DNA of 17,448 bases. Origin: a bacterium (GTDB lineage: Bacteria > Zhuqueibacterota > Zhuqueibacteria > Oceanimicrobiales > Oceanimicrobiaceae). The notes under the pieces are model-generated. The model did not search any database. It had not been told where the DNA came from and was given only the letters and a program-made list of their open reading frames with translations. Location of the stretch: the NCBI GenBank assembly GCA_046757165.1, contig JBHHXT010000098.1:1-17448 (forward strand). The letters are read 5' to 3'. Made by a program: the position numbers and the translations under genes. Position 1 is the stretch's first letter. Each line of letters opens with the position of its first letter. Positions 16,084 through 17,448 of the stretch are shown here, one piece after another.

Positions 16084-17341
16084 AGTTGTCATCACCGGTC
16101 TGGGGATCATCGCGCCAAATGCCCACGGACTCGAAGCCTACGAAGCCGCCTTACGAGGCGGCAAGAGCGGCATTCGCTTCATCCCGGAGCTCGAGCGACT
16201 GAAGTTCGGCTGTCAGGTCGCCGGGGTGCCGCCAGACCTGGACGAAATCAGCGCCAGGTATTTCACGGAAGAGCAATTGCTGGCAATGAATTCGAGTATC
16301 AAATATGCTTGTATCGCCGCCATCGATGCCTGGCGGGACGGCGGCTTCGAAGTGCCGCACCAGGACTCCGACGTGAACTGGGAGACTGGAGCGATCGTTG
16401 GTACGGGCATCGGTGGTATGGATACCATTGCCGAACGCCTCGTGCCTCTGGTCAACGAAAAGAAAGTTCGTCGCCTTGGCAGCACCATCGTGGAGCAAGT
16501 CATGGCGAGCGGCGTGTCGGCAAAAATAGCCGGACTGCTGGCGCTCGGCAACCAGGTGACCACCAACAGCAGCGCGTGCAGCACCGGCACCGAGGCCATC
16601 CTCGACGCCATGTACCGGATCCGCAACGGCCTGGCACAACGCATGCTGGCAGGCGGCGCAGAAGGGGCCTCTGTTCACATCTGGGCCGGCTTTGATGGCA
16701 TGCGGGTTCTCAACCGCAAGCACAACGATGCGCCGGAAAGCGCGTCACGGCCGATGAGCGCCAGCGCGGCCGGGTTCATCCCGGGTGCCGGCGCCGGAAT
16801 CCTGATGCTGGAAAACCTCGAAGCTGCACAACAGCGCGGCGCCAGAATTTATGCCGAAGTCTTGGGAGGCGCGATCAACTGTGGCGGTCACCGTCTCGGA
16901 GGCTCCATGACCGCACCCAATCCGCAAGGCGTGCAGCAGTGCATCCGCACAGCCCTGGCAGACGCGGCCATCTCCGGCGACGAGGTCGACGCCATCAACG
17001 GCCACCTCACTGCCACGTTTGCCGATCCTCACGAAATCAAGAACTGGGCCCGGGCCCTGGGCGTCACGCCGGAGACCTTTCCCCTGACCAATGCCACAAA
17101 ATCCCTGGTCGGCCATTCCCTGGGCGCGGCCGGCGGGCTTGAATCTGTCGCATGCGTGCTGCAAATTTACAAAGGGTTTGTGCACGGCTCGGTCAACTGT
17201 GAAGACCTGCACGAAGAGCTCTTGCCATACGCGGAACGCATCGTGCAAAAGACCCGAGAAACGCCGGAATTGCGCGTCCAGGCCAAGGCCAGTTTTGGAT
17301 TCGGTGATGTCAATGCGTGTGTTTTGTTCAAAAAATGGTAA
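16073..17341 (+). CDS. fabF: Beta-ketoacyl-ACP synthase (FabF/FabB family)
   Basis: RVVITGLG, catalytic Cys in SSACSTG, NGHLTAT, TKSLVGHSLGAAG and SFGFG. FabF versus FabB cannot be resolved by eye. Confidence 0.85.
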   Translation: MKNRVVITGLGIIAPNAHGLEAYEAALRGGKSGIRFIPELERLKFGCQVAGVPPDLDEISARYFTEEQLLAMNSSIKYACIAAIDAWRDGGFEVPHQDSDVNWETGAIVGTGIGGMDTIAERLVPLVNEKKVRRLGSTIVEQVMASGVSAKIAGLLALGNQVTTNSSACSTGTEAILDAMYRIRNGLAQRMLAGGAEGASVHIWAGFDGMRVLNRKHNDAPESASRPMSASAAGFIPGAGAGILMLENLEAAQQRGARIYAEVLGGAINCGGHRLGGSMTAPNPQGVQQCIRTALADAAISGDEVDAINGHLTATFADPHEIKNWARALGVTPETFPLTNATKSLVGHSLGAAGGLESVACVLQIYKGFVHGSVNCEDLHEELLPYAERIVQKTRETPELRVQAKASFGFGDVNACVLFKKW

Positions 17342-17448
17342 TTTCCAACTTTTCCAACGGATTAAAGACCCCAACGGCTCTGAATTCTAAAGAATCTGTT
17401 AGCAGTAATAAAGTAAAGCACTCATAATAAAGAATAAGTGGGTAAACT

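Noticed and set aside
525..17374. Long antisense or alternate-frame ORFs (e.g. 525..1601, 3402..4436, 5283..6440, 6945..7844, 13002..14045, 16745..17374)
   Set aside because: Shadows of real genes in GC-rich coding DNA, with no recognisable motifs.

Overview
Bacterial chromosomal window. A C-terminal 'QNYPNPFN' sorting domain, archaeal/eukaryote-type ProRS and outer-membrane proteins suggest a diderm FCB-related lineage such as KSB1, Calditrichota or Ignavibacteria (inference only). From left to right: a minus-strand pair of exported proteins (class A beta-lactamase-fold serine hydrolase; 987-aa dikinase with glucan-water-dikinase-like domain order); a self-contained structured RNA candidate with a perfect 13-nt complement to the 16S 3' end; a 74-aa orphan ORF; proS; era; a pentapeptide-repeat protein; a YCF48/BNR beta-propeller protein; a DUF3179-like lipoprotein split by an in-frame TGA and followed by a SECIS-like hairpin (probable selenoprotein); a convergent outer-membrane beta-barrel; a Zn-dependent nucleoside deaminase; and a five-gene specialised type II fatty-acid cluster (FabL/FabI-type reductase, FabH-like, FabA, FabZ-like, FabF/B-like). 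Three copies of a MITE/REP-like element with ACGGAT sub-repeats sit at gene boundaries. The best leads are the exported GWD-like dikinase/hydrolase pair, the selenoprotein and the SD-switch RNA.
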